64,000 bases of DNA, taken from NCBI GenBank assembly GCA_030594205.1, contig JAUVFR010000005.1, forward strand, positions 2,306-66,305. Direction: 5' to 3'. A model generated the notes under the pieces. It made no database searches. It worked only from the letters and a program-made list of their open reading frames with translations, and was not told the DNA's origin. The DNA is from Methanobacteriota archaeon (GTDB lineage: Archaea > Thermoplasmatota > Thermoplasmata > RBG-16-68-12 > JAJISG01). Positions 9,460 through 18,811 of this stretch are shown here, in pieces. The first letter of the stretch is position 1; each line of letters begins with the position of its first letter. Position numbers and translations under genes: made by a program.

Positions 9460-10316
9460 ACCGGGAGGACGCGCGGGTAAGCAACCCCCTCGTCCTTAAC
9501 TTCCGCGCCTTCATCGGACGGGCCTACCCCCGGGTCATCGGGGCGCACAGGGAGCTGAGCTGGATCTTCTTCAACACACTCCTGCCGCTCCTGAGCGTCG
9601 CGGCCTACGTCTTCGTCTACGCGGCCCTCGGGGCCCCCGCTGCGTTTGCAGGCTTCGTCATCCTGGGCGGCACGATGGTTGCCTTCTGGATGAACGTCCT
9701 GTGGAGTATGGCGGCCCAACTGTACTGGGAGAAGGAGATTGGGAATCTTCAGCTCTACATGATGGCACCCATGTCTCGGATGGCCCTCCTAGGGGGCATG
9801 GCCGTCGGGGGGATGGTCATGACCTCCACCCGGGCCGCCGCCACCCTCATCCTCGGCGTGCTCATCTTCCAAATCGTCCTCGTCGTCGTCAATCCCCTGC
9901 TCCTCGCAGGAATCTTCTTGGTGACCCTGGTCGCCCTGTACGGCATGGGCATGCTCTTCGCATCCGTCTACCTCCTCTATGGACGGGAGGCATGGAACAT
10001 CTCCAACCTGCTCCAGGAACCCGTCTTCCTGGGCGCGGGTTTCTACTTCCCCGTCCAGTCATTCCAGCGAATCCTAGGAGGCCCGGGGCGTTGGATTGCC
10101 ATCGGGGTCAGCCTCATCCCCATGACCCTCGGTCTGGACGCGATGCGGCAACTCCTCTTCCCGGAACTCCTCGAGTGGGCTTTCCTTCCGGCCGACATTG
10201 AACTCTACATCCTCATCGTGCTCGCCGTCGTCTTCGTCTTCCTGGCGCGCCGGGCCCTGGCCTACATCGAGCGTCTCGCCAAGCAAGAGGGGAGGTTGAC
10301 CCAACGCCATCTCTGA
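9456..10316 (+). CDS. ABC-2 family transporter permease
   Basis: The TTG at 9456 overlaps the ATPase stop. Six TM helices. The ORF-track 5' extension (9048) runs through the ATPase in another frame and is discarded. Confidence 0.75.
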   Translation: MNREDARVSNPLVLNFRAFIGRAYPRVIGAHRELSWIFFNTLLPLLSVAAYVFVYAALGAPAAFAGFVILGGTMVAFWMNVLWSMAAQLYWEKEIGNLQLYMMAPMSRMALLGGMAVGGMVMTSTRAAATLILGVLIFQIVLVVVNPLLLAGIFLVTLVALYGMGMLFASVYLLYGREAWNISNLLQEPVFLGAGFYFPVQSFQRILGGPGRWIAIGVSLIPMTLGLDAMRQLLFPELLEWAFLPADIELYILIVLAVVFVFLARRALAYIERLAKQEGRLTQRHL

Positions 10317-10420
10317 GCACCCACCTCCGGACCCTGCGGACGGCCGCTTGGCTCGGATGGCAATACAGCTCCAATTGGACCGACCCTTGGCTGTTCGCCA
10401 TCTACTCCATCATCAAGCCC

Positions 10421-11170
10421 GTGGCGGGCACCCTCATCTTGGTCTTCATCTACTATGTCGCCGCGGCCGCGGGCGGGGCCGCGCCTCCGGAGATGCTCGC
10501 CTACATCTTCGTCGGGAGCGCCTTCTACATGTTCGTGTTCCAGGCGTTCTTCGGGATGTTCGAGGTGATCCAGGGGGATCGGGAGTGGTTCCAGACCATC
10601 CGGTACATCTACATCTCCCCCATCAGCTACTACGCTTACATCATCGGACGCGGGTTCACCCAGATGGTCGTGGCGGGAATCGGCGTCCTTGTCGTCCTCG
10701 CGATCGGGCGGGGGCTCCTCGGCATCCCGATCGGCTTCAACCTCGCCCTGTTGCCTTTCTTCCTCGCCGTCCTGGTCCTCGGCCTCTTCATCACCATCGC
10801 CATCGGCGTGGCCATCGGAGGCATCACCTTCCTGACCGCCCGGCATGGCGGCGGGATGAGCGAAGGCATCGCGGGGGTCTTCTACGTCTTCACCGGCGTG
10901 ATCTTTCCGCTCTCCGTCTTGCCCGTGTGGGGGCAGGTCTTCGGCCAGTGGATCCCCCTCACCTACTGGTTCGAAGCCCTCCGGCGCGTCCTCCTCGAGC
11001 GGTCCCCACCCCAGGCCGACGCCTTCTTGATGGCAATCCCGGAGTCCACGCTCCTTCTCATCTTGGCCCTCTCCCTCATCGTGGTGAGCCTCCTCTCGCT
11101 GGCGGTGTTCCGGTACGTGGAGCACTTGGCCCGCAAGAAGGGCAAGATCGACATGACCACGGCCTACTAG
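10421..11170 (+). CDS. ABC-2 family transporter permease (second subunit); N-terminus probably extends upstream
   Basis: TM-rich 249 aa. The in-frame upstream sequence to ~10313 (…LRTAAWLGWQYSSNWTDPWLFAIYSIIKP) looks like genuine permease N-terminus, but no ATG/GTG/TTG is available there. Confidence 0.7.
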   Translation: MAGTLILVFIYYVAAAAGGAAPPEMLAYIFVGSAFYMFVFQAFFGMFEVIQGDREWFQTIRYIYISPISYYAYIIGRGFTQMVVAGIGVLVVLAIGRGLLGIPIGFNLALLPFFLAVLVLGLFITIAIGVAIGGITFLTARHGGGMSEGIAGVFYVFTGVIFPLSVLPVWGQVFGQWIPLTYWFEALRRVLLERSPPQADAFLMAIPESTLLLILALSLIVVSLLSLAVFRYVEHLARKKGKIDMTTAY

Positions 11171-11502
11171 CGACGCCGGCGGGCACGGGCCTCCCGAAGA
11201 AAGGGGTATCGGGAGACCCGACCGCATGCCTTGCAGGTCACGACGATCCGAGAGCGACGGAGGCGGACTGTGGCGGCGGCGCCCGGTGCCAGGAAGGCCC
11301 CGCATCCGCGGCAGTAGCGGCGCCGATACGACGAGGGGAAGGGAACGTTGTACCGCATCCCAAGCCGCCTGGCGAGGTCGACGTAGCGGTTGGCCCGGGG
11401 CAGGTTACCCCGCCGGGCTTCCTCGTCCGCCAGCTCGAAGAGGATGTCCATCCGTTCCCGAGCGATGCGACGCTCCAGGCCCTTCCTCCGCCGGCGGACC
11501 AC
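11167..11502 (-). CDS. rnp4: RNase P protein component 4 (Rpp21/Rpr2 zinc-ribbon subunit)
   Basis: IARERMDILFELADEE…RYVDLARRLGMRYNV…CRGCGAFLAPG……CKACG matches the Rpr2 family architecture. Confidence 0.8.
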   Translation of the reverse strand: MVRRRRKGLERRIARERMDILFELADEEARRGNLPRANRYVDLARRLGMRYNVPFPSSYRRRYCRGCGAFLAPGAAATVRLRRSRIVVTCKACGRVSRYPFLREARARRRR

Positions 11503-11570
11503 GGACTCCCCGAGGCCTCTTTCGCCCTCCCGCCTGATAAGCTTTATTCCCGCCCGTCCTAGGTCCTTCC

Positions 11571-12659
11571 ATGGAGACCCGAGTTCGGCGCATATTCGAT
11601 GAACTGGAGAATCCTCTGGACGCGGTGGTCCTCCTCAACGGGACGGAGCCGCAGGTGGACAAGACCTTCTTCTACGCTACTGGCATGCACGGGGGCATCT
11701 TCGAGGGGTGCGCCGCCGTCCTTCGTCCCGACGGTACCTTGTCAGTCCTGTCCTCCCAGCTGGAGGCCGACATCGCTCGTTCCCAAGACGTCCCCGTCGA
11801 GGTCTTCACGGGGAAGGAGGAGAAGGCAAAGGCCCTCGAACGCCTGCTGAAAGGCGTCCGCACCCTGGGCATCAACGGGAATGAACTGACATACGCCGGA
11901 TATCGTCAGGTGGTCGAGGCCAATCCCGACGCGGAAGTCCACGATGTCTCCCAGGCGATCGTGAAGGCGCGCCAGGTGAAGGATGCCGCCGAGGTCGAAA
12001 TGATCCGCGAGGCCTGCCGAATCGCGGTGGAGGCCTTCGAGGAGCTCCTGCCCTCCTTGGAGGTGGGTCGCACGGAGTCGGAGGTCGCGGCGGAGCTGAA
12101 CTATCTCATGCAGACCAAGGGAGCCTCGGGTCCGGCCTTCTCCCCGATTGTTGCCTCCGGACCCAACGCGGCCTTGCCGCACCACGCCACCGCCGACCGG
12201 CGCCTCCGCGAGGGGGACCTTCTCCTGATCGACTTCGGCGCCCGGTACCGGGGCTACGCCTCCGACGTCACCCGGACCATGGTCTTCGGGAAGCCGGACG
12301 AGAAGCAGCGGCGCATGTACGACGTCGTCCTCGAGGCCCAGCAGGCGGCCATGGACGTGATGAAGCCGGGTGCCGACGGGAAGGCCATCTACGAACTCGC
12401 CCGCGACGTGATCGACGGCACGGAATTCAAGGGACGATTCATCCACGGTCTGGGTCACACCATCGGCCTCGCCGTCCACGACGGGGCGGGGATGGGGTCC
12501 CTGCCCGGAACCACCCTCGAGGAGGGGATGGCCATGACCGTCGAGCCGGGCATCTACCTGGTGGACTACGGTGGGGTCCGTATCGAGGACGACGTGCTGG
12601 TGACCGCCGATGGGATTGAAGTCCTAACCCCCGCGACCCGTGAGTTTCTGGAACTCTAG
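11571..12659 (+). CDS. M24-family Xaa-Pro aminopeptidase/dipeptidase
   Basis: Creatinase N-domain plus pita-bread domain with metal ligands (DFGARYRGYASDVTRT, HGLGHTIGLAVHD, EEGMAMTVEPGIY). Confidence 0.85.
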   Translation: METRVRRIFDELENPLDAVVLLNGTEPQVDKTFFYATGMHGGIFEGCAAVLRPDGTLSVLSSQLEADIARSQDVPVEVFTGKEEKAKALERLLKGVRTLGINGNELTYAGYRQVVEANPDAEVHDVSQAIVKARQVKDAAEVEMIREACRIAVEAFEELLPSLEVGRTESEVAAELNYLMQTKGASGPAFSPIVASGPNAALPHHATADRRLREGDLLLIDFGARYRGYASDVTRTMVFGKPDEKQRRMYDVVLEAQQAAMDVMKPGADGKAIYELARDVIDGTEFKGRFIHGLGHTIGLAVHDGAGMGSLPGTTLEEGMAMTVEPGIYLVDYGGVRIEDDVLVTADGIEVLTPATREFLEL

Positions 12660-12775
12660 TCGGCGTGGGTGTGGTCCTTTCGATCGTCGTTGCAGAGGGG
12701 CCCGCCACACGTCGGGCAGTAGTAGAACTCGTTTGGGTCTCCCACATTCGTGCCACACTCGATGCACTTGGGCAT
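12656..12775 (-). CDS. Small CPxCG-type zinc-ribbon protein (39 aa)
   Basis: Minus-strand ATG…TAG gives MPKCIECGTNVGDPNEFYYCPTCGGPLCNDDRKDHTHAD with CxxC…CPxCG. GC-biased codons. Convergent 4-nt overlap with the pepP stop. Confidence 0.45.
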   Translation of the reverse strand: MPKCIECGTNVGDPNEFYYCPTCGGPLCNDDRKDHTHAD

Positions 12776-12923
12776 TAGGTCGACCCTCGATAACGGATGA
12801 AATCTAGACGGTGTGGCCTCAAGAAGGTATCGGGGCGGACATCGCCCGCGAGGCCGATTATCAGCGCAGAAAATGGACTCACAGGGACTTTAAGCCCGCT
12901 CCGAGTAGAAACCCACCGACTTC

Positions 12924-13688
12924 ATGCCCCCGTTCTCCTCCTCCGCCCGGGCCTCGGGACTCGTCGTCCTGATGTGCCTCTCGGTCCTCCTCCTCTCCTC
13001 CATCCTCCCAGAGGGAGGGGCGCCGACGTTGGTCACCCTCGAAGTGACCGGTGCGGGCACCCTTCAGATTCCCGGCGGCAATGACACCCTTGACTCGGAG
13101 CGCATGGCGACGATGTCCCTCCTCCTCTTCGGAACCTCGCTCGTGGGCCTCTACGTCGCTGCACGGTACCTGAAGCGAAGGGGGAGCGGGTTCTCCCAGG
13201 AGACCATGGGTCGAACCAAGCCGAAGTCAGAGCGCGTCATCGAACTGGAGCCGGGGGAGGCTTACCTCGTTACCCAGGGGCAGAATCGGGCCATGAAGGT
13301 CTTCACCCAGGCCCTCTCCAAGGGCCATCCGGGGCTTTGCATTACGCGCACCTACCCCGACAAGCTGAAGGAGAGCTGGGACCTGGATGGTGCCCGCGTC
13401 TTCTGGCTCACCGATGACGGGACGAGGGCCAAGGGGGCCATTCAGTCCCTCGAGGACATGGAGGCGCGGGTCCACAAGTTCCTCGAGGGCGTGGAGAAGG
13501 GGGTGATCCTCTTGGACGGCCTGGAATACCTCTTCGTCCAGTACAGCTTCACGGAGGTCATGAAGCTCCTTCAAGGGATGCGAGACGCCATGCCCACCAG
13601 CGGCGCGAGGCTCATCATTCCCGTCGACCTCCTCGCCCTGGTACGGAGGCAGAGGGCACTCCTGACCCGCGAATTCCGGCAGCTCTAG
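12924..13688 (+). CDS. DUF835-domain protein with N-terminal signal peptide/TM region
   Basis: Hydrophobic N-terminus, then a cytoplasmic domain (ELEPGEAYLV…GLCITRTYPDKL…VFWLTD…GVILLDGLEYL) typical of archaeal DUF835, which has a KaiC/RecA-like fold without a P-loop. Confidence 0.65.
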   Translation: MPPFSSSARASGLVVLMCLSVLLLSSILPEGGAPTLVTLEVTGAGTLQIPGGNDTLDSERMATMSLLLFGTSLVGLYVAARYLKRRGSGFSQETMGRTKPKSERVIELEPGEAYLVTQGQNRAMKVFTQALSKGHPGLCITRTYPDKLKESWDLDGARVFWLTDDGTRAKGAIQSLEDMEARVHKFLEGVEKGVILLDGLEYLFVQYSFTEVMKLLQGMRDAMPTSGARLIIPVDLLALVRRQRALLTREFRQL

Positions 13689-13697
13689 TCTGCGGAC

Positions 13698-14852
13698 TCA
13701 GGGCCCTTCCTTCTTCCCTTTCCGGAGAGCCATGTTCCGGTCCTTCGTCCGCTTGATGCGTCGCTCCAGATGCCCCATCACTTTGCGCATGGCCTGCGCG
13801 GCGTCCCAGTCGTAGTCGCCGGCGATGAGCAGGCCGTGTTCCGTCCCAAGGCGGGTCCGAATGGAGTACTTGGAACGGTCCCCCTGGATGCGGTGGGTGA
13901 CCACGTGGACGTTGAAGACGGTGGGCCGGGCGATGTCGCTGATTCTTCGCAGCCCCCGGCCGATGACGGCGTAGAGGGTCTCATACGTCCACCAGTCATC
14001 TTCGTCAAGGCCGGAGATCTGGACCAGGACTTCGTCCCGCCGTCGCAAAGCGGCGACCTGCTCCAGGAGGTCGGCCTGCGTGACGATCCCCGCCGGTCGC
14101 CCGTCCTCCACGACCACAACGCTCGAAATGTCCCGGTCCCGCATGAGGGCCGCCGCCTCCGCTCCGCTCCCCTCCGGGCCGATGACGATGGCCGGGGCGC
14201 TCATCACACTCCGGACCTCCACCCGCAGGGCGGTTTTCTGGCCCGACCGTTCCCCCTGCGTTGCCCGACGGGGTTTGCCTTTCGTCAGGGCTTCCACCAT
14301 GTCCTTCACCCCGACGACCCCCGTCAATCGCCCCTCCCCGTCCACCACAGGGACCGATCGTTCGTCGAGGGATCGCATGAGGTCCCGCGCCTTCCCCAGG
14401 GATTCTCCCTCCTCCATCGTTTGAGGATCTGGGGTCATGATGTCTTGGATACGGAGCTCCGCGAACTCCTCGGTGTCCGCCAGGATCCCGACGACGTCGC
14501 TGCGGGAGATGAGCCCCACGAGGCGCCCGTTCTCCACAACAGGGATGCCCCGGTAGCCGGAAGCGATGAGGTACTCCGCCATGTGGGTCAGGGGATCCGA
14601 AGGCTCCACCCGGGGAGGGCGGACGAGGATGCTGTCCACCCGGGTCGTGAGGGGCAGGTTCCTCCGCCGAAGGACGGTGTCGTAGGAGATCATTCCCAGA
14701 ACCTCTTCCCCTCGGGTCACTGGCATCTCGTGGAAGTCGTGGCGGCGCATCACCGCCAGCGCGTCAGAAAGCGTCTCCTCTGGCGCGGCCGTACGAGGGT
14801 CCGTGGACATCACATCCCGGACGCGGTATTCGTAGATGCTTCGCCGTTCCAT
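13698..14852 (-). CDS. Four-CBS-domain protein with C-terminal HPF/RaiA-like (ribosome hibernation factor) domain
   Basis: Four CBS repeats (…VRDVMSTDP…, …[10 protein letters not shown]…, etc.). The last ~100 aa ([11 protein letters not shown]…[25 protein letters not shown]…[44 protein letters not shown]) align motif-for-motif with bacterial HPF/YfiA (ITGHN…YVEEKL.KLERY…VVL…ITLHVNGG.L.AEAESDDMYAAID.A.DKLERQLRKHK). Confidence 0.65.
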   Translation of the reverse strand: MERRSIYEYRVRDVMSTDPRTAAPEETLSDALAVMRRHDFHEMPVTRGEEVLGMISYDTVLRRRNLPLTTRVDSILVRPPRVEPSDPLTHMAEYLIASGYRGIPVVENGRLVGLISRSDVVGILADTEEFAELRIQDIMTPDPQTMEEGESLGKARDLMRSLDERSVPVVDGEGRLTGVVGVKDMVEALTKGKPRRATQGERSGQKTALRVEVRSVMSAPAIVIGPEGSGAEAAALMRDRDISSVVVVEDGRPAGIVTQADLLEQVAALRRRDEVLVQISGLDEDDWWTYETLYAVIGRGLRRISDIARPTVFNVHVVTHRIQGDRSKYSIRTRLGTEHGLLIAGDYDWDAAQAMRKVMGHLERRIKRTKDRNMALRKGKKEGP

Positions 14853-14933
14853 CCCAAGCCCTCAGTGACGGGCGCGGCGACCGAGTCGGTCGGAGTCGAC
14901 ATCATCATATGGTCCTTTCCCATCAACTTTGTG

Positions 14934-15209
14934 ATGGAGGTCCGGGCCCACGTACTCTTCTACGGCCAGGTCCAGGGTGTCTACTTTCGCGACAACACCC
15001 GCCGTAAGGCGGAGGACCTCGGCGTCGTGGGATGGGTCCGGAACCTGCGGGATGGCTCCGTGGAGGCGGTCCTGGAGGGCCCTCAAGAGCCGGTGGAAGC
15101 CCTCATCGAGTGGTGCCGGACGAGCCAGCCGTACGCCCGGGTCGCGGAGGCCAAAGTCTCGTGGGACGAGTACCAAGGCTCCTTCGACACGTTTTCCGTG
15201 CGGCGCTAG
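14934..15209 (+). CDS. acyP: Acylphosphatase
   Basis: [49 protein letters not shown]… carries the acylphosphatase signatures. It is the 3' end of a long antisense ORF in the track; only this part is coding. Confidence 0.8.
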   Translation: MEVRAHVLFYGQVQGVYFRDNTRRKAEDLGVVGWVRNLRDGSVEAVLEGPQEPVEALIEWCRTSQPYARVAEAKVSWDEYQGSFDTFSVRR

Positions 15210-16066
15210 GGCCGGTCGCCGTAGAGTCGGACGACGTTCTCCTCGTGGATGCGATGGATGTCTTCGCGGGTCGCGAGTCCTTCGCGGAGGAGGGCGGCGG
15301 TGCGTTTCGGGATGGTGCTCGGTCCAAGGACCGCTCCGGGACGTCGGGGGTCGTCCAGGTAATCCGTCTCCAGGAGGAATCGGAGTCCCTTGGAGGCCGC
15401 TTCCCGCACATGGTCTGCCTTGGCGATGACCGAGGGGAAGATCCCGAGGTTCTCCTCCGGGAGGATGGAGGCGTCGGCATAATGCTTCACGACCCGCCCT
15501 CGGGGGATCTCTACGCGATCCGCCATCGAGGCGAGATCATCGAACAGCCCGGGAGAGGGCGTCTCCGTATGGAGGATGACCGGACACCCGGCCTCACGGG
15601 CCAATTCCACCCCGTAGGCCATGATCTCGTTGGAATGGGTCCAAAGGTCCTCCTCGACGGTCCAATGGGGCCGCCCGATCTCGCCGATCGCATCGGCCTC
15701 CCCCTCCATGACGTGGGCCTGGGCGATCTCGAGGGCCGTCCGCATGGTCTCTGTTCCCCGCGCGAGGCCCCATCGCTCGCTCAGAGGAACCAACTCGGCC
15801 GGATGGGGCCCCAAGGCCACCAGCACGTCCACGACCTCGAGGGCCCGTACCTGCTGGGCCATCCGGAGGGTCCGCCTGTACGCGGCCTCAAAATCCTCGG
15901 GCCGGCGGGTGGGTAGGTCCTCGTAGGGAACGTGGACGAGGAGGATTCGCGTCCCTCCGGAGCGCGCGAACTCCTGGACGGCTTCCACACCATGCCCCGA
16001 AGGACGGAGGTGGACGTGGTGGTCCGTGATGGGCAGGCCCTGTAGCTCCTCCTTCCAGGCCGACAT
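15206..16066 (-). CDS. TatD-family metal-dependent hydrolase
   Basis: HVHLRPSG…ILHTETP…ETDYLDD pattern of TatD/amidohydrolase-fold nucleases. Confidence 0.7.
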   Translation of the reverse strand: MSAWKEELQGLPITDHHVHLRPSGHGVEAVQEFARSGGTRILLVHVPYEDLPTRRPEDFEAAYRRTLRMAQQVRALEVVDVLVALGPHPAELVPLSERWGLARGTETMRTALEIAQAHVMEGEADAIGEIGRPHWTVEEDLWTHSNEIMAYGVELAREAGCPVILHTETPSPGLFDDLASMADRVEIPRGRVVKHYADASILPEENLGIFPSVIAKADHVREAASKGLRFLLETDYLDDPRRPGAVLGPSTIPKRTAALLREGLATREDIHRIHEENVVRLYGDRP

Positions 16067-16090
16067 AGGCCCTCCTGGAGGGCGCCGCCT

Positions 16091-16639
16091 TCAGCGAAGG
16101 AGGCCCGCTGCCTGAAGCTCCACGGTGATTTTCTGGACGGCTCGTGATACGTCCGAGGGCTGTCGGGCCCCCGTGCACACGAGCTTCCCGCTTCCGAAGA
16201 GGAGAACGACTACCTTCGGTTCGTCTAGGCGGTACACGAGCCCCGGAAATTGCTCCGGTTCGTACTCCACGCGCTCCAACCCCAGGCTGATGGCAATGGC
16301 GTTGAGGTTGATCTCCTGCTCCAGGTCGGAAGAGGCCACGATATTCTGGACCTCAATGTCAGGGTCGGTGTTGATATCAATGCCCGAATCTTTGATTTGC
16401 TTCGCGACCGTCCGAATGGCCGTGCCCACGTCCGCCAAGCTCTTGGCGCCCGTGCAGACCACCTTGCCGCTGCGAAAGAGGAGAGTGGCCGTCTTGGGCT
16501 CCTTCAAGCGGTAGATCAGGCCGGGAAACTGCTCCGGCTCGTACTCGGCCCCGCCCAAGGCTAGGGCGATGGCTTGCAGGTCCAATTCCCCGCCCAGCGA
16601 GGTGGATGCCACGACGTTCTCAATCTTGATCTTAGCCAA
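16091..16639 (-). CDS. tbp: TATA-box binding protein
   Basis: Two direct TBP repeats (IENVVASTSLGGELDLQAIA…EYEPEQFPGLIYRL / IVASSDLEQEINLNAIA…EYEPEQFPGLVYRL). TTG start. Confidence 0.95.
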   Translation of the reverse strand: MAKIKIENVVASTSLGGELDLQAIALALGGAEYEPEQFPGLIYRLKEPKTATLLFRSGKVVCTGAKSLADVGTAIRTVAKQIKDSGIDINTDPDIEVQNIVASSDLEQEINLNAIAISLGLERVEYEPEQFPGLVYRLDEPKVVVLLFGSGKLVCTGARQPSDVSRAVQKITVELQAAGLLR

Positions 16640-16670
16640 TTGTTAGTCCTCCCAAGAAGCGCGCCTGCCC

Positions 16671-16702
16671 CCTTTATAAACTATTTAAACGACCTTTATA
16701 AA
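16671..16702. promoter_or_regulatory. Divergent promoter region with tandem palindromic TATA elements CCTTTATAAA (x2) flanking CTATTTAAAC
   Basis: Read from the sequence between the divergent tbp (-) and M24 peptidase (+) genes. TTTATAAA is self-complementary, so it can serve both directions. Confidence 0.5.
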
Positions 16703-16776
16703 GCTTGGGGTCCCCCGGCCCTTTCCGGGCGAAGGGAGAAATACCGTCCTTCCCTCGGCGGGCCTGGGGAATCCTC

Positions 16777-17886
16777 GTGGAAAACGTGGACTATCCAGGT
16801 CGCTGGAAGCGATGCCGCGCGTTCATGGAGGCCCAAGACATCGACCTCCTGGCCCTGACCCCCGGGCCCAACATGACCTACATGACCGGATTTCTCGAGA
16901 CGCCCGGCGAACGCCTTCTGACCGCGCTCTTCCCTCGGGACGGAGAGCCCCGGATGGTGGTGCCGGCCCTGTACGAGGAACAGGTCCATCGGGAGGGGTG
17001 GATTGGTGACGTCCGTGCGTGGAAGGACGGGGACGACCAGGCGGCGTTCCTGCTGGAACAGATGTCCGACGCGGCCGGGCTGGTGAACGTGGCCCTGGAT
17101 ACCCGGATGTGGGCCCGCTTCGTTCTGATGTTCCACCGGGCCCTGCCTGGAGCCCTTCTCCAGGACGCTGAGGGCCTCATGCAGGAGCTGCGGATTGTCA
17201 AGGGCCCGGAGGAAATCTCGATCCTGCGTCGGGCCCACGAGGCCACGGACCGAGCCATGGCGGCCGTGGTGGAATCCTTGGAGGAGGGGCAAGTGGAGCG
17301 GGACGTGGCGAACACCATTCGCAACGCCCTCATGGCCGCCGGGGCCGACGCCGCTTCATTCCGCCCCATCGCCGCCTCCGGCCCCAACGGCTCGCAGCCC
17401 CACTACCGGTTCGGGGATCGTGTGCTCCGAAGAGGAGACGCCGTCGTCTTGGACTTCGGGGGCATGTTCGCCGGATACTATACCGACGTCACCCGCACCG
17501 TCTTCCTCGGCAAGGCGGACGACACGCAGCGAAAGGTGTACGAGCTCGTGAAGGAGGCCAACGAAAGGGCCGTGGACGCCGCGCGGGCGGGCACCCCCGC
17601 GGAGGAGGTGGATCGGGAGGCCCGAAGGGTCATCACCGACGGCGGCTACGGCGATCACTTCATCCATCGGACAGGCCACGGAATCGGCCTGGAGGTGCAC
17701 GAGGAGCCGTACATCGTCGAGGGCAGCAAACGACCGCTCGAGGAGGGTATGGCCTTCAGCGTCGAACCCGGTATCTATCTGCCGGACCGGTTCGGGGTGC
17801 GGATTGAGAACATCGTCCTCGTGGAGGACGGGCGGGCCCGACGCCTCGACCGATATCCCCGGGACCTGCAGGTCATCTCGTCGTAG
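16777..17886 (+). CDS. M24-family Xaa-Pro dipeptidase (second paralog)
   Basis: The same pita-bread motifs as 11571 (DFGGMFAGYYTDVTRT, HRTGHGIGLEVHE, EEGMAFSVEPGIY). GTG 16777 was chosen because the homology starts there (…RWKRCRAFMEAQDIDLLAL); the TTG at 16705 is possible. Confidence 0.8.
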   Translation: MENVDYPGRWKRCRAFMEAQDIDLLALTPGPNMTYMTGFLETPGERLLTALFPRDGEPRMVVPALYEEQVHREGWIGDVRAWKDGDDQAAFLLEQMSDAAGLVNVALDTRMWARFVLMFHRALPGALLQDAEGLMQELRIVKGPEEISILRRAHEATDRAMAAVVESLEEGQVERDVANTIRNALMAAGADAASFRPIAASGPNGSQPHYRFGDRVLRRGDAVVLDFGGMFAGYYTDVTRTVFLGKADDTQRKVYELVKEANERAVDAARAGTPAEEVDREARRVITDGGYGDHFIHRTGHGIGLEVHEEPYIVEGSKRPLEEGMAFSVEPGIYLPDRFGVRIENIVLVEDGRARRLDRYPRDLQVISS

Positions 17887-18790
17887 GCGCTGTCTCGGCT
17901 GCCGCAATGAGTCCGGCCAACAGGGCGTTTGTGGGTACGGGTTGACCCTGCTTCCGACCGAGACGGGCAATGGCGCCGTTGATGGCGTCGATTTCCGTTC
18001 GCCGCCCGCGTTCCAGATCCTGGAGCATGCTCGACCGGTTCTCCGCCGTCGCTTGGACGACCGAAGCGACGCGCTCGAAGACGTCGGTTGCGATCAAGTC
18101 GACGCCGTATCGAGCCGCGACCCGCACGCCTTCCTGGATCACGTCATGCACGATTCGCTCGGTCGCGCTCGTCCTGAGAACATACCCGTTTGGGGCTCGG
18201 AGAAGGGCCGTGAGGGGGTTGATGCAGGCATTTACGATGGCCTTCAGCCAGAGTTCTGCCCGGATGTCCCCGACCAGGTGGCTCGACAGGCCGCTCTCAT
18301 TGAAGGCCTCCACGACACGGACCGCGTCCTCCCGCTCCGCCCTCTCGAAGGGCCCGATGTAGGTATCCCCCGTCCCGGCGTGGTGCACCTCGCCGGGTCC
18401 TACGAACGTAATGCCCTGGTTGGTCACACCGCCCAAGACGCGGGCCCCGGAGGCCGCGAGCGTCTCCTCGTTCCCGAGGCCATTTTGGAGGGACAGGAAG
18501 AGGGCCGTTCCGACGAGGGACTTCAAGGCCCGCGCGGCGTTTGCCGTGTCGTAGGCCTTCACCGCCACGATGACGAGGTCGGGATCTGGCTCACGAGGCA
18601 GGACCTCGACGGCTTCCGGTCGTACGACGAGATTGGTCTTCCCGGTGATGCGCAGCCCTTGTTGGCGGATCGCCGCCACATGTGACTTTCTGCCTACGAG
18701 GACGGTCTCGTGTTTTCGCGAGAGGAGGCCTCCCACGAGACTTCCCATGGCCCCGGCGCCGAACACGAGGACGCGCACGCGCTGTTCCAT
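17873..18790 (-). CDS. panE: 2-dehydropantoate 2-reductase (ketopantoate reductase)
   Basis: N-terminal Rossmann VLVFGAGAMGSLVGGLL, ApbA/PanE C-terminal domain. Confidence 0.8.
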   Translation of the reverse strand: MEQRVRVLVFGAGAMGSLVGGLLSRKHETVLVGRKSHVAAIRQQGLRITGKTNLVVRPEAVEVLPREPDPDLVIVAVKAYDTANAARALKSLVGTALFLSLQNGLGNEETLAASGARVLGGVTNQGITFVGPGEVHHAGTGDTYIGPFERAEREDAVRVVEAFNESGLSSHLVGDIRAELWLKAIVNACINPLTALLRAPNGYVLRTSATERIVHDVIQEGVRVAARYGVDLIATDVFERVASVVQATAENRSSMLQDLERGRRTEIDAINGAIARLGRKQGQPVPTNALLAGLIAAAETAPTTR

Positions 18791-18811
18791 CCCCCCGCGT
18801 GATAAAAAGCC

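Noticed and set aside
9048-10316. 422-aa ORF spanning the ABC ATPase 3' end and the permease
   Set aside because: The 5' 400 nt lie out of frame inside the ATPase gene. The permease homology begins at the TTG overlapping the ATPase stop (9456).
10262-11562. Long ORFs (347 aa minus, 404 aa plus) with Arg/Gly/His/Asp-rich low-complexity translations
   Set aside because: They overlap the second ABC-2 permease and Rpp21, both of which have clear family signatures. The composition is typical of alternative frames in GC-rich coding DNA.
13770-15209. 479-aa ORF on the plus strand
   Set aside because: It runs antisense through the CBS-HPF gene and has no homology. Only its last 91 codons (14934..15209) encode a real protein, acylphosphatase.
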